The translations under genes were made by a program, and so were the position numbers. The notes beneath the pieces were generated by a model. That model was not told the DNA's origin, did no database searches, and worked only from the letters and a program-made list of their open reading frames with translations. Shown in pieces: positions 49,601 to 61,614 of a stretch of DNA of 64,000 nt (its first letter is position 1; each line of letters starts with the position of its first letter). The stretch comes from Phyllosticta citribraziliensis. Its lineage: Eukaryota. The stretch spans positions 1,426,001-1,490,000 of the forward strand of contig NW_027117344.1 of the NCBI RefSeq assembly GCF_038025025.1, in the 5' to 3' direction.

Positions 49601-52600
49601 CGCCGACATTCGAGCTCTTGACCAACTTGTGGTCATCGGGACCAAATTGCTCGACTGTGGAGACGACGGCTGCCTCAGCTGGGCCGTACGTATTGTAGGC
49701 TCTCATTTCAGTGCCCCAGTCATCCGCGACTGGCTGGTTCAACTTCTCTCCAATCATGGTGACAACCTCCATCGTCTTCAAGTCCTTGCGGCTGATGGCG
49801 CTGGCGAAAGCGGGAGTCAAGTGCGAATGGGTTGCCTCGCTCAGATTCGCCAGTTGGACGAAAGATCCCAGCAACAGCTGCTTGGGAGCCGAGACGATTG
49901 TGCCGCCCATGCCCCAAATCTCGAACAAGTCCTCGACAAAGACATCAAAGGTGTACTGAGAAAATTGAAGGCCTCGAACGACACCCGACTTGGTATTGGA
50001 GGGAATGACCTTGCAAAGAGAGCGCATTGCCGATGCCGCAGCAGCGTGGCTGATGGGAACGCCCTTGGGTGCGCCAGTCGTGCCACTTGTGAAGATGAGG
50101 TAGGCCAGGTTTGAAGGTTGAGGAATTGGCAAAGTGACCTCTGGAATGCTTTCAAGAGGGGCAGAAACGTCTAGAGTTGAGACTCCTTCCGGAATGGCTG
50201 CGGAATCAATGTCCCTGGTAGCGTGAGCCACTATCAAGAGGGATGCGTCCGTCCTTGCAATCAGGTCATGCTGTCTGCGTGGCGGGAACTCCGGGTGAAT
50301 CGGACACCATGCTCCACCTGCCTTGAGAATTCCAAGAAGAGCAATGTACAGCTCGGGGCACTTCTCCATACAAATGGGCACGACTCGGTCAGTGAGAGGG
50401 CCAAGATGACCGACGAGATACTTGGCGAGAGCATCCGCCTTGGAATTGAGTTCACTGAAGCTCAGCTTGGTCTTCGTCCCCTCGAGATCATTGTAGAACT
50501 CAAGAGCCGAATCGTCTGGCTTGCTCACGGCCAAGTTCTCGAACGGCGCATGAAGAAGCGACGACGGCTCCGGCTCAGAAGAGACCTCCTCGGGGTAAGA
50601 CGAAAGCAGTTCCGGCTTGCCTGCGAATCGAGCATCGAGGAAAGGCTGGTCAGGGTGTTCCATGACATACTGAAGGGCGTCGTCCAATTGCCTGAGCATT
50701 GTGTTTGCTGCCAAGTCGTCCAGATGCTTGTTCTCGTAGGTCGCCTTCAGCAGCAAGCGGCCTGTCTCGGTGGGCCAAATCTCCAGCATGACGGCAAAGT
50801 CGTTACCCATGGGAGGGTACTCAATGGAGCTCCAGAGGCTAGAGCCTTGTTGTCCACCAGCGAAGCTCTGGAACGCAATCAGCGTGTCGTAGTGCAAACG
50901 GCCCTCGGACGTGACGATGGAACTCAGGGGAGTGTGCAAATGCTGCAGTGCTTGCGTGTTTTGCGCAGTCAGGCGCTGGGCAACGTCCCTTGTCGACACC
51001 GAAAGCGGGTCCTCAGTGCTGGCAGAAACTCGGATGGGAACCGTCACAAACGTAGGACCCATGCAGTCCGCGGTGTCTTGTCCGTAACGATCAGAAATGA
51101 CACTGCCAAAGACGACATCTGCTTTAGATCCGGTGTAGGCAAAGAGGACCACAGACCAAGCAGCCTGTAAGATTGCAAGAGAGGAGACATGCGCTGCTTT
51201 CGAGGCGGAAAGAAGCTCCGTCATGGATGTCTGCGCAAGCACAGTGGCCACTTGAGGCCCCTTCGGTAGGAAGTTTGGTTGGCGGCGAGACAGCTGAGGG
51301 AACGTCGTCGGAGCACAATCCTCAAGCTTGTTGAGCCAGAACTCTTTGGCCTTTTCTCTGTCAGCCCGGAAGTGCGTCTCGACAGCCGAATCGATCTGGG
51401 TCCGACGCGCAGGCTCCTTGCCGTGGTATTGGTCCTCAACATCCTGCACAAGCAGCTGCAAAGATCCACCGTCGAAGATGGCGTGGAACAGACTCAGAAC
51501 AACCGCTGCACGAGCGTTAGACTGCACGATGGCGAGATTCAGTGGCGGCCTCTCGAGTTCGATCGAGCTTTCGGCGTCTTCCAGAGCCTTGTTCACGAGA
51601 CCGGGGAATTTTTCATCCGATGTCTCGCTCGAGCCATAGCTGCGAAGTTGGAGCTGGCCCTTCGAGCAGGTATCCTTGAGAATCAATTGAGCAAAAGGAG
51701 CCAGATCGTCGTCCACAGACACAAACACGGTCCGGAAAGCCTGGCCAGCGTGCAGAGCTCTCAACCAGGCCTCGGTCACGGCGTTAACATCGACATCGGG
51801 AGCCACCTCGTACACGGAGTGGTTGATGTAATGACGGCGCGCTTCTTTGGACGAATCGGAAAGACTGCGGAGGAAGCTAGCAATCATACCCGACTGCGTG
51901 GAAGTGGTCGGGAGGATCTTCTCGATTTCGTCGGTGGGAACACCAATGACACTTGCAGCCGCCTCGCCATGCTTCTGGTGGAATGCCTCGACTGTGGAAC
52001 TCCACGAATTGGCAGCCGACTGGTCCGAGCCGTCTGAGGGCTTGGCGGAAGCCATGTATTTGAGAATCAGATCCCGGAACGTATGGCATGTGACAACGTC
52101 AGAGACGGTGAGACCAGTGAGGCTGGCGTCTCTCGCATGCTGCAGAAAGCGCATCGCGCGGAGACTGTCGAAACCGAATGAAAGCAGCTCCGAGTTGAGA
52201 GGGATCGAAGAAGCAGCTACATCGGCAACAGCCGCTGCAGCGTCAAGCACTGCGGTTTGAATCTCTTTGTCCACTTCAGCGCCGGAGTCGTCGGACTCCC
52301 CAGATGTTGGGGCAGCGTCTTCCGACCAAAGCTCTTGAACGACTTTGCCGACAACTTTGCGGTCAATCTTCCCAGATCTGCTTCTGGGCATGTGATCGAG
52401 AAAGAAGTACTTGCGAGGGCGCATGTGCGGCTGTAGCCACTTGTCTGCAGCAGCCCGAGCCTCTCGGACCAACGCGTCTTGATCAACACCATCGTAGGGC
52501 AGAATGCAGGCCACGACCTGCTCACTGCCATGACCACCACCCACTGGCTTGTGAGCAACGACCACGGCTTCCTTCACACCCTCGACTTTTTCGACAACGG

Positions 52601-54665
52601 CTTCAATGTCGCCGAGCTCGACACGTCTGCCACTGAGCTTCACTTGATCAGTTGTCAGACGTCCAAGGTACTCGATGGTAAAGCATCCGTTTTGGTCCTG
52701 CACAATGCGCGCGCGATCGCCAGTGCGGTAAAGTCGTCCATACGGGCTGTCCTCGACAAATGCCTTGGCAGTTTCTTCAGGTCTGTTGAGGTAACCGCGA
52801 CTGACTTGTGGACCACCAATTACGAGCTCACCAGGGAAACCGACGGGGACCAAGACCGGCTCAGACTTTGAAGGTTCGATGATCAACATTGAACAGGTCG
52901 GCAAAGGCTTGCCAATGATTGACCCACGGTCGTGAACGGAAAAGTCGGACACCACTGTGCAGTTGATGGCGCCTTCGGTGGGACCGTAGTAGTTTGAAAG
53001 TCCTTCTTTTTCAGGTCGCGTGCTTGTTCCTTGGCGCTCAATGTATGGAGCAGAGTCCGACGAGAAGTTTTCGATGACACGACGGTTGACCGCTTCTCCC
53101 ATGACCCACAAGTCTTTGAGGGTGGGTATCTTTGTCGGGTTCAGAATTGCAGCCATACTAGGGGTGGCCATCATTATCGTGGCGCCGAGCTCGGTAATGG
53201 TCGAATCGGGATCCGTCAGACTGATCTGTCTCTCGGCAGAACACAGCGTAGTTCCAGTTGAGAAGGTTACAAAGATCTCCATGACGGAGGGGTCGAAGGT
53301 AGGTGCAGCGAATTGGAACCAGCGGGAGGGGTTCGAGGTTGCGCGCCAAGAGAAGTACAGAGAGTGGGACGCGATCGAGCATGCTGCAGCGATGTGAGGT
53401 ACTTGAACGCCCTTGGGCCGGCCAGTCGAGCCGCTCGTGTACATTACGTATGCCAGATCGTTCTCGTCAATCGATGGAAGCAGGCCTGACGAGGCGGTCG
53501 GTCTTCCAACAGCGTGCCAGTCGGCTATGAGTGTGGTTACGTCGATCCAGGTGTACTGTCCACGCAATTCGCCCTGGAGCGTCCCCTCGCGGTTTCCGCG
53601 ACCAAGGAGGGCGGAAGCTTGAACATCTTGGAAAACGTATTCCATCTGGTCGATTGGAGCCTCCGGTGAGACTGGACAAAACGCAAACCCAGCCTTGATC
53701 GTGCCGAGCCAGGAAACATAGAGTTCAACAGAGGACGATATGATGGCGGGGACTACCGGCTGTCTGTCGCTTTGTGGAGAAACTACATCTCTCAGATGCA
53801 GAGCCAGCACATTTGTGAGATTGTCAAGTTCTTCGTACGTGTATACTTCGTGGACCCCTGGAGAAGACTCAGTTGGCAGAGCCTTGAGGAAATCCAAAGC
53901 AGGCCTGTTTGGAAAGTCCTGGGCCCTCCTGGTGAAAGGCTTGTGAAGTAGAGATGGACCGTTTGCGTAATGGTTGAAGGTCAGATCTTCCCGAATGTGA
54001 GGAGGCCGGCTCAAAGAAGGGTAGTTGAGTCTTGACAAAGCAAGTGCAAAGTCTGTTGACGTTTGCACGTAGGATTTGGATCTGAGAAGCTCGACAAACG
54101 TCGAGAGTACCGACTGGCCAATGGCGCTGCACATGAGCTCCCGGCGATAATGAATTGAGGTGGTGATGTCGGTACCGAGCCCCAAATGAAGGGAAAAAGG
54201 CTGCATCTGAGTCAACTCTTGTTCATTGCTGAAGCTGGGGAGACATACGGTTGCTGATGATTGTGATGTCGCTCCATTTTCAAAAATTTCAACGGAAAAG
54301 TCCGTCTGCGCACCGGGGTGCGAATACTGCTGTCCGGGATAGCATTGAACTGTGGCATCGCCAGAAAGCTCCAACACTGCTGTTGCGAGGCCGTGACATG
54401 TCTGCTGCGTGGAGACGTCGACTGGTGGAAGTGAATAGCGGAAGAGGATCTCCTCTTCTCCAGTAAAGTTGGCTACGAGACGAGCAAAAGTCTCGAGCAC
54501 CGCTTCTGGTGTCAAGGGGGTTGATCCACGCGGGAGGACAATCGCGTGGGACCCGAGGTCGACGGAAGCCGCGTCTGACGGTGAAGCATCCACATCTTGG
54601 GTCAGAGATGCCTGGTTCTGACGATACCGGGTATCAAGAGAAGGAAAGGTGGTAGAGAGCGACAT
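40654..54665 (-). CDS. sidC: Ferrichrome-type siderophore NRPS, SidC/NPS1 architecture (A-T-C-A-T-C-A-T-C-T-C-T-C), about 4636 aa
   Basis: Introns 54248-54201 and 46391-46339. Three A domains (YTSGSTGRPKG, FTSGTTGAPKG, YTSGSTGKPKG), five T sites (GFDSL, GIDSI, GIDSL, GIDSI, GLDSI) and five C motifs (FHAIFDG, HHSLHDG, HHSLYDG, HHGLYDG, HHTTYDA). The start codon is uncertain because the frame is open to 54857. Confidence 0.95.
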
Positions 54666-54722
54666 GGACAAGGCGACTAAGCGTGATGACGCTGATGGCT
54701 GAGAGGTTGGAGATAGATAGAA

Positions 54723-55226
54723 ATCTGATAAGATGGGGCTATTTCTATGTAAAAAGATAAGAGGAATATCGATAAGAGGGAGAAAAAATCTGCTAAGGCT
54801 CATCTCCGCGTTAACATGTCCGCCACTGGGCGCAGTGACGTTGCCGATGTCGCGCATCAGGAATCGCTTCTGCGAGATCGCTGGCCTTCACTGCAACCTT
54901 TTTGTGAGCACACGCCTGGGAATCGGCGAGTCACCTATTGGAAGAGAGGAAAAAGTCCGGCGACAGGGCTCTCAGTCGTGATGGTTGTCCGCAAGCGCGT
55001 GGGAGTGGCCTGAGTTGGGGATGTGGAAGCGGGAGTCGGTGGAGACGGGCATCGGGGCAAGCAGTGGAGCCACCCAAGGACAAGGGGCAGCCAAGGCCCC
55101 TAGCAGCGGATCAGATAGCGGACCTTATTTCGAGCAGACCCGCTTCGAAACGCATCCCACATGCCCTTTTCGGCCATGTCTTCTCGTGTTCTGGCCGTGG
55201 ACGTACGCCAAGCGATTTTATCAGAT
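54723..55226. promoter_or_regulatory. SreA-type iron-repression sites in the NRPS promoter
   Basis: ATCTGATAA at 54723-54731 and TTATCAGAT at 55218-55226. Near matches: ATCGATAAG at 54768 and ATCAGATAG at 55110. Confidence 0.85.
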
Positions 55227-56151
55227 GAAACATTTCGGCATATGACACAGATCAGCGCCGATGTTGCGACAAAGTGCTGGTCGAATGTTCGATGGACTGC
55301 TTAGACTGGACATGCTCCGATGGCGGTCGTGGGCCTGGGAGCTGGCGTGATTGTACGATGCTGTGCAGTGCTGCTGGACGGAGACTGGAGGCAACGTCCG
55401 AGCCGGCCGGGACGGGAGTGCGTTGTTGCGTCCGATCAGACCGGACAGAAGCTCCTTATGTATGTTACGCCGTTTTGAAGCTACCTCTTTTGATCTTATC
55501 TTGTTCACGATTCGGCCGAGTCTTTCGAAGCGCGCCCTATGGCGTCGGGCGTATCTGATGGATTCGTTGGAGCCATGCCCGACGCCGGCGTTGGCCAATC
55601 ACAGCGTGTCGAGCACACGGCTCGCTCCCGGGGATTGCAGCAAATCTTTGGTCTTCCTCTTACCCTTTGTGTTTGGCGAGCTTCTGGCTTTTGATTCCAG
55701 AAATGGCGATTGGCAGCTGAGGAGGTTTGATCGACCCGTGGACTGGAGTGTGATGTACTGACGAGAGTAGAAAGGAGCAACGCGTCAGGGGAAGCCGGGC
55801 GAGTCTAGAGGTTCGAGCAGACTGGTCGTATTGGACGTCGGGTCGTGGCTGATGGTTGCGAGGCACCCGAACGGAGTGTGTTTTGGCGCGGTTGGCTCGG
55901 GTTGCCGTCGTTCATTAGCTGCCCGTCGGCGAGCAGACGCTGCAGCCAAACGCGGCGTGGGCGGTCAGGCTTTCTGCCAGGCTGACCCTGGGCTGCCGTG
56001 GGCGGCTTGGCTCGGTTTCTTCGGCGGGCCCCACTACTTTTTCGTTTTTCTCTTGTAATCCTCTCTGCCCGTCGCAGAGTCGTCTCACAAGTCACAGCCC
56101 CGCGCGTCTTTTCCTCTTCAGACCTCCGCTTACCGAACGATCATCGAAAGC

Positions 56152-56364
56152 ATGAGCACCACGCCTGCTGGCTGGCTGGTACACCAGGACCGCTTCAACC
56201 AGCCTGGTCAGTACCAGACAAAGGCCCCCGGCAGCGTTCGGCACGACGTCGAAGCCATGGAGTACGCGCCGCCATCGACGACCGCCGACGCCAGGCAGCA
56301 AAAGAACCCCTACGGCTGGTCCAGCACCCTCAAGGCTCTCTGCGGTTGTGGTGCCCGTGCTTGA
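56152..56364 (+). CDS. Putative 70-aa microprotein with C-terminal LKALCGCG
   Basis: 54 of 70 codons end in G/C. Every Tyr, Phe, Asn, His, Asp and Lys uses the preferred C/G-ending codon. A CT-rich leader at 56030-56130 precedes the ATG. Confidence 0.6.
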   Translation: MSTTPAGWLVHQDRFNQPGQYQTKAPGSVRHDVEAMEYAPPSTTADARQQKNPYGWSSTLKALCGCGARA

Positions 56365-56909
56365 CGTGTGGTTGGTACGGCATGCGCCGTCTACATCAGA
56401 CACCTCCGGACCCCGCTCGGCCTAGGGACAGGATTCGGCTCGAGAGTGCCACCACCCCTTTCTCATGACGAGCTGCACCGGCGTCATGTCGGTGCCCTGC
56501 CCCTTTCCAAATGCGGCCCACAGCATCAATTCCAGTTGGCCAGAGGGCATCGGAGTTGTTCGCTAAAACCGAGCCGCAAGCCTTTGCCAGGATCCAACAT
56601 GGTAAACACCCATAATTAGGTTCAGTGTAGCTAGGGGCAGCCAACCTTTAGCAATGGGCGACGCTCACTTCCCTTTGAGAACGCCAAAAGACAATCGAAA
56701 AGTAATGGAAACGGGGAGTACTGAAGCTCAAGCGAGGACAAGCGAGGTTTGTCAGTTTGACGTGCTATTTCTAATCATGATGAACTGTCTAATCATCTTT
56801 GCGAATAGTCAAACGTTGAGACATCGAAACGGTCAAAGGAAGTCACTCTCCAACTGCACCTCTTGGCCTTCTTCCATCATTCGGCTATGCGACCGATCCT
56901 CCTCGCGCA

Positions 56910-58554
56910 TCAGGCCCTTTCGTTCAAAATCCCCAAGTACCTCAGAGAATTCGTCCAACCCAGATCGTGGCCAAAAACCTCAGCGCATTGGTCTGACCCC
57001 CAAACCACACCAACGTGAGGCTGATATGTTATTGCCTGCTTTCCAACCGCCAATGCCATTGTTGGGGGGACTTGGGGGTATACGGCCGGGGAAGAAGGCT
57101 TCTTTAGCGCCGCAGGGTCAAAATGGTCAGCGGAGTCAGGATCGGCGACAACTTCGAACGGCTCGTTATGCTCGAGATGCTCGGCATGAATGAGCTGATG
57201 GAAGACATTGGTTGCGGCAACCCGGCCCATCACCATTGCGGGACCAGCACGCTTGATGCCTGACCAGCGGCAAATGTCGCCACAAGCGTAGTGTCTACGA
57301 GCATTGACCATGGGACAGGTGAGGTTCATGCTGCCATTCTGTGAGCGCGGGCACCTCTCGGCGTTGCAAGACAGCAGTTCACTTACTGCTGGTCGACGAA
57401 GACGTAGCCTTCCTCATCAACAGCCTCGCGCGGCAGCATCTGCGTGTTTGGCTTGTATCCGCTCGTGGCATGGAAGACGTATCCGGCTTCAATCTTCCGC
57501 CCGTCTGCCAGCGTGATGGTGGACACGCCGTCCGTCTCGACTACACTCGCTCGTTGATTGAAAATCACTTCGACTCCCTCCCCATCCAGCAACTTCTCTG
57601 CCTGTATTTGGAACAATTCTGGAAGTGGCTCGTTGGACAGGAGCTTGTCCCGGGAATGGATCAAGACGACGCGGTTGTGCTGGTGGAAGTGCTTGATTTC
57701 CGAAGCAAACTCGATGCCGACCGCGCCTGGCGGGGACTGGTTAGTTTTGCTGTGTTCGGACAGAAGCCTCCAAGGAATCACTCACCACCTCCAATGACCG
57801 CGACCGTCTCGCACTTGGCGTTCCGGATGTGCGAAATGTGTTTCAAAGCATCGTCGACGTATTCGTCGAATGAATTTGCCTTGGGGATAGATGGCCACTG
57901 TCTCGCCAATCCAGAGGCGAGGATGAGAAAGTCATACTCCAGTGTGGTATCCTTGCCGTCATTGTCAAGGTCTGAGAAACTCACGCAGAGATTCTCTGGA
58001 TGCACAGACGACACCCTGCCATGAACGATCCTTACATCATCCCGCTGGAGACGAGATATGCTTTGATAGCGCAGCCACATGGGGGAGACTGATGCCTGAG
58101 CAACGTGTGCCAGGGGCGTGCCGACAGCATGGACTACACGATTCAATCAACGTCTATGCACCGCATACTAACCTTTTTATTTGGATCGCGGTTAACACCA
58201 AGGAGATGGAAGGGACTTCAGCAGAAAGACAAACGTACAGAAACCGTCTCGCTCGTCGATCAACGTGACTTCAATCCTCTTCCTCAGCCTCGGCAAAGGC
58301 GGTTCGCCAGTCGCAAGCTTGCCATCAGCGCCATCGAGAAGGGTAAGCACGGCTGCTACTCCGGCGTATGCTCCACCAACAAGCAGGACTCGGTGCGGCT
58401 TCTGGCTTGTCGATGCGTCTCCAGGTTCGCGCGCCTCGGCGGCCCTCGATTCAGTACCTGAGACCTTGGCGTGACCGTTGGCCTTGTCGCCATTTGTCGC
58501 AGCGCCTTTGACTGCAACGTGGGAGTCGACTAGATCTGAAGAGATGGCCGTCAT
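56910..58554 (-). CDS. AIF/AMID (AIFM2/FSP1-like) FAD-dependent pyridine nucleotide-disulfide oxidoreductase
   Basis: Exons 58554-58239, 58133-57786, 57726-57387, 57330-56910. FAD motif VLLVGGAYAG, EYDFLILASG, NAD(P)H motif VIGGGAVGIEFASE, and YACGD. Confidence 0.9.
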
Positions 58555-58562
58555 GTTGTAGG

Positions 58563-59126
58563 ATCTGATAAGATGCGAAGATGGGTGGATTGGACTAGAC
58601 AAGGCTGGCGTGCCGCGTGAGCAGAACTAGTTTCTTCACGGTCTCGAGACCTGCAGCGCCGCAACACGTGCTACCTCATACCGCCTGCTCTTTTGACGCT
58701 GACCTCCGAAGACGGCCGTATGATTGCGAGGGCGGCTATATTGCCAGGATGAGATATGATCATGAATGACGGGATGGATGGAGTCACGCCGCGAGAGCGG
58801 CGTCAACGGGGCAAAGCAATTATCTGATCCGCCCCCGCGCGCTGGATCCTGGCCCATGCATCTGCCTGCATGACCATGCAAACGAGGCTGAACGCCAGGT
58901 CGTAGTCGCTTTAAATTGCTCTCGCGCGTATGTACTCCGTGGCCTACCTACTCTGCCCTTGCTTCGCTTGCTCACTTTTCTAGGGCGACTCGGCCGTCGC
59001 CACTCGGCCAAGATCTTCCCGCTGCTTTGCTCCGAAACACGAGGCGCTCCGTGCCGATTTATCTGATTTTGCCTCCCTGTCTTTGCTCGTCCCACTACCA
59101 AACTTTGTTCGCATCTAATCTGATAA
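58563..59126. promoter_or_regulatory. Bidirectional promoter with four perfect SreA sites
   Basis: ATCTGATAA at 58563-58571, TTATCTGAT at 58820-58828, TTATCTGAT at 59059-59067 and ATCTGATAA at 59118-59126. Confidence 0.9.
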
Positions 59127-59128
59127 TA

Positions 59129-61065
59129 ATGTTGCGCCGCCAGCCTTCGAGCGAAGGTCTCCTTTCCGCCGAAAGCGGACCGGCCCAGCCCGCTCCGTAT
59201 GGCTCAGCCTCGGCCATCTACACGGACCAAGACCGCTGGAAAGACACTGAGTCAACACCAAGCTCAGCCGACGACGGTGTCCGCGACGTTGAGGCCATCG
59301 TCTCGGTATGGAGCAAGTGGCTACTCATCTTTGCTTACGCTTCTGTCTACCTCGTCTCCTTCGGAAACTCTCTCGAACAGGCTGCAACGAGCAACTTGAC
59401 CAGCTATGTGACGTCGGATTTTTCCAGGCACCCTTTGGTGTCCACAGTCTCCATCATGAGCACCATCATCGGCGGTGTCGCAAGGGTCCCCATCGCGAGA
59501 CTTATTGACATTTGGGGAAGAGGTGAAGGTTTTGTTGCCATGGTAACCTTTACCACTCTAGGTACGTCACTGTTGAAAACGTGAGATGCTCAAGAATTCA
59601 GCTAATAGGACAATCCGTAGGGCTGATACTCATGGCGGCGTGCACCAACGTCTCCACCTATGCTGCAGCCCAGGTAAGCACAGTCCAAGTCCGTGTTCTA
59701 TCGCACTACTCACCAGCAATAGGTATTCTACTGGCTTGGCTACGAGGGCATACTCTACGTCGTGCAAGTATTCCTTGCCGACACTTCGACGTTGAAAAAT
59801 CGCGCCATCGTTTTTGCATTTTCATCCACGCCATATATTTTCACCACCTTTGCTGGACCAGCCGCTGCGCAGTTCTTTCAGACCCACCTCTCATGGAGAT
59901 GGGCATTTGGCACTTTTGCCATCATCACCCCAATCATGTCTCTCCCTGTGACTTTTCTTCTGTTCCACACCAAAAGAAAGGCGATCCGTCTCGGCTTAAT
60001 CAGGAGAAGAGAACGCCAGCAGCAAAAGCCTTGGACGAAGGTGGTGAAGAAGTTCCTCATGGATCTCGATGGTATTGTCCTCCAGACCCCTCGTTTAACC
60101 CATGCTGACCTGTTCCAGCTGTCGGCGCAACACTCTTCATAGCAGGATACGCCTTCATCTTCCTCCCTTTGAGCACTCTATCCTCCAAAGATGTGGGCTG
60201 GCACTCGGCTGGACTCATCTCTCGAATTGTCGCCGGATGCGTCTGCTTCGGCCTATTTGTCATCTGGGAGTGGCGATATACCCCTTCTAAACTGATTCCC
60301 TACAACGTCGTCATGGACCGGACCATCCTCGCCAGCTGCTTGCTTTGCGCATGTGTCTTCTGGTGCTATAGCTGCTACCACACCTACATGTCGTCGTTTC
60401 TCCAAGTCGTACACAACCTCAGCATCCGCGACGCAGGGTACATTTCAAACATTTTCAGCATCACCTCCTGCATCTTTGGCATTTTCGTGGCATGGGCAAT
60501 TAGCGCCACCGGTCGTTACAAGTGGCTTGGCTTCGTTGGCTTGCCCCTCCTTCTCCTCGGCACAACGCTCATGGTTTCGGCCAGTCAGCCAAACCAGAAG
60601 CTGGCATTCCTCGTCACATGCCAGGTTCTGAATGCCCTCGCTGGCTCCGCCTTCAACATCACCAACCAAATGGCAGTAATGGCGGCGAGCTCGCACAGCC
60701 ACCTGGCCGTGGTGCTGGCTCTGCTCCTCTTGTTCGCCTCGATAGGCGATTCGATCGGGACGGCTACCGCTGGGGCGGTCTGGAACTCTTCAATGCCCGA
60801 TTTGCTGGAGCGCTTTTTGCCGGATGGCTCCAAGAAGGACGCCGGTGTCATTTTCGGCAGTCTGAAGAAGCAATTGTCTTATGCGTGGGGAAGCCCCGAA
60901 AGGACCGCCATCATCAAGGCATACTGCACCACGCAGTCGAGGCTCTGCTTCGTTTCTGCTTGCGTCCTGCCTTTGATGGTTTTCTTCGTGTGCATGTGGA
61001 GGAATCTCCCTCTGAGAGAAGAGGAGATTGACGACAGAAGCTCGAAGGCAGATTCGCAGGAGTAG
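59129..61065 (+). CDS. MFS siderophore-iron transporter (SIT/ARN family, MirB-like)
   Basis: Exons 59129-59561, 59621-59673, 59723-60071, 60119-61065. Motifs GVRDVEAIVSVWSK, YVTSDFSRHPL, ARLIDIWGRGEG, ADTSTLKNR, WRWAFG and SYAWGSPERTAIIKAY. Confidence 0.93.
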
Positions 61066-61614
61066 ACTCTTTGTGGGCATGATGCGCATTTTTGAGTTGG
61101 ATCTTTTTTCTAGCAGCGCAGCGGTGGATTTTCGCTTTATGCCCTTATTTTGGCATTTTTATCGACAGCATTCCAGTGCGCAGCATTTTTAGACTTGGTT
61201 AGACGGATTCCATTTGGTTTCGATACTGGCCTCGAGAACGACTCGAGTCGTCTGAGCCCAAGGAATGATTTCACAACAAAGACTTTTGATTTTTGAGTTT
61301 ATATGTACCTGTAGTGCTTCGTTGATGGGCAATCGCGATGGACATGGCCTAGCGGCATCCAATCACACTAGCGGCTTTCGCGCTGGGAAGCAGCCCCCAC
61401 CACAACCGCCGGCGCGACAGAAGACACGTCTTCCTCACCGTCTTTCCCATCATCCGCTCCGTCTCGAAATTTGAGTCACTCGCCACCAGCAGTCATGCTC
61501 TCGCGATCGCAATCGTCTTGAATCTCTCAATTGACCTGTCCGGCCATCCTCTCCGTGCGCAACGAATAATGCTTGCTCACTCGACGCCGCAGAGTTTGCA
61601 ACAACCTGTACGAC

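Noticed and set aside
55350..55359. SREBP/SrbA-like site ATTGTACGAT in the NRPS promoter
   Set aside because: Single imperfect match that could occur by chance.
19970..58554. Functional link between DHCR7 and the FSP1-like gene (both ferroptosis-related in animals)
   Set aside because: 35 kb apart with unrelated genes between them, and no SreA motif seen at DHCR7.
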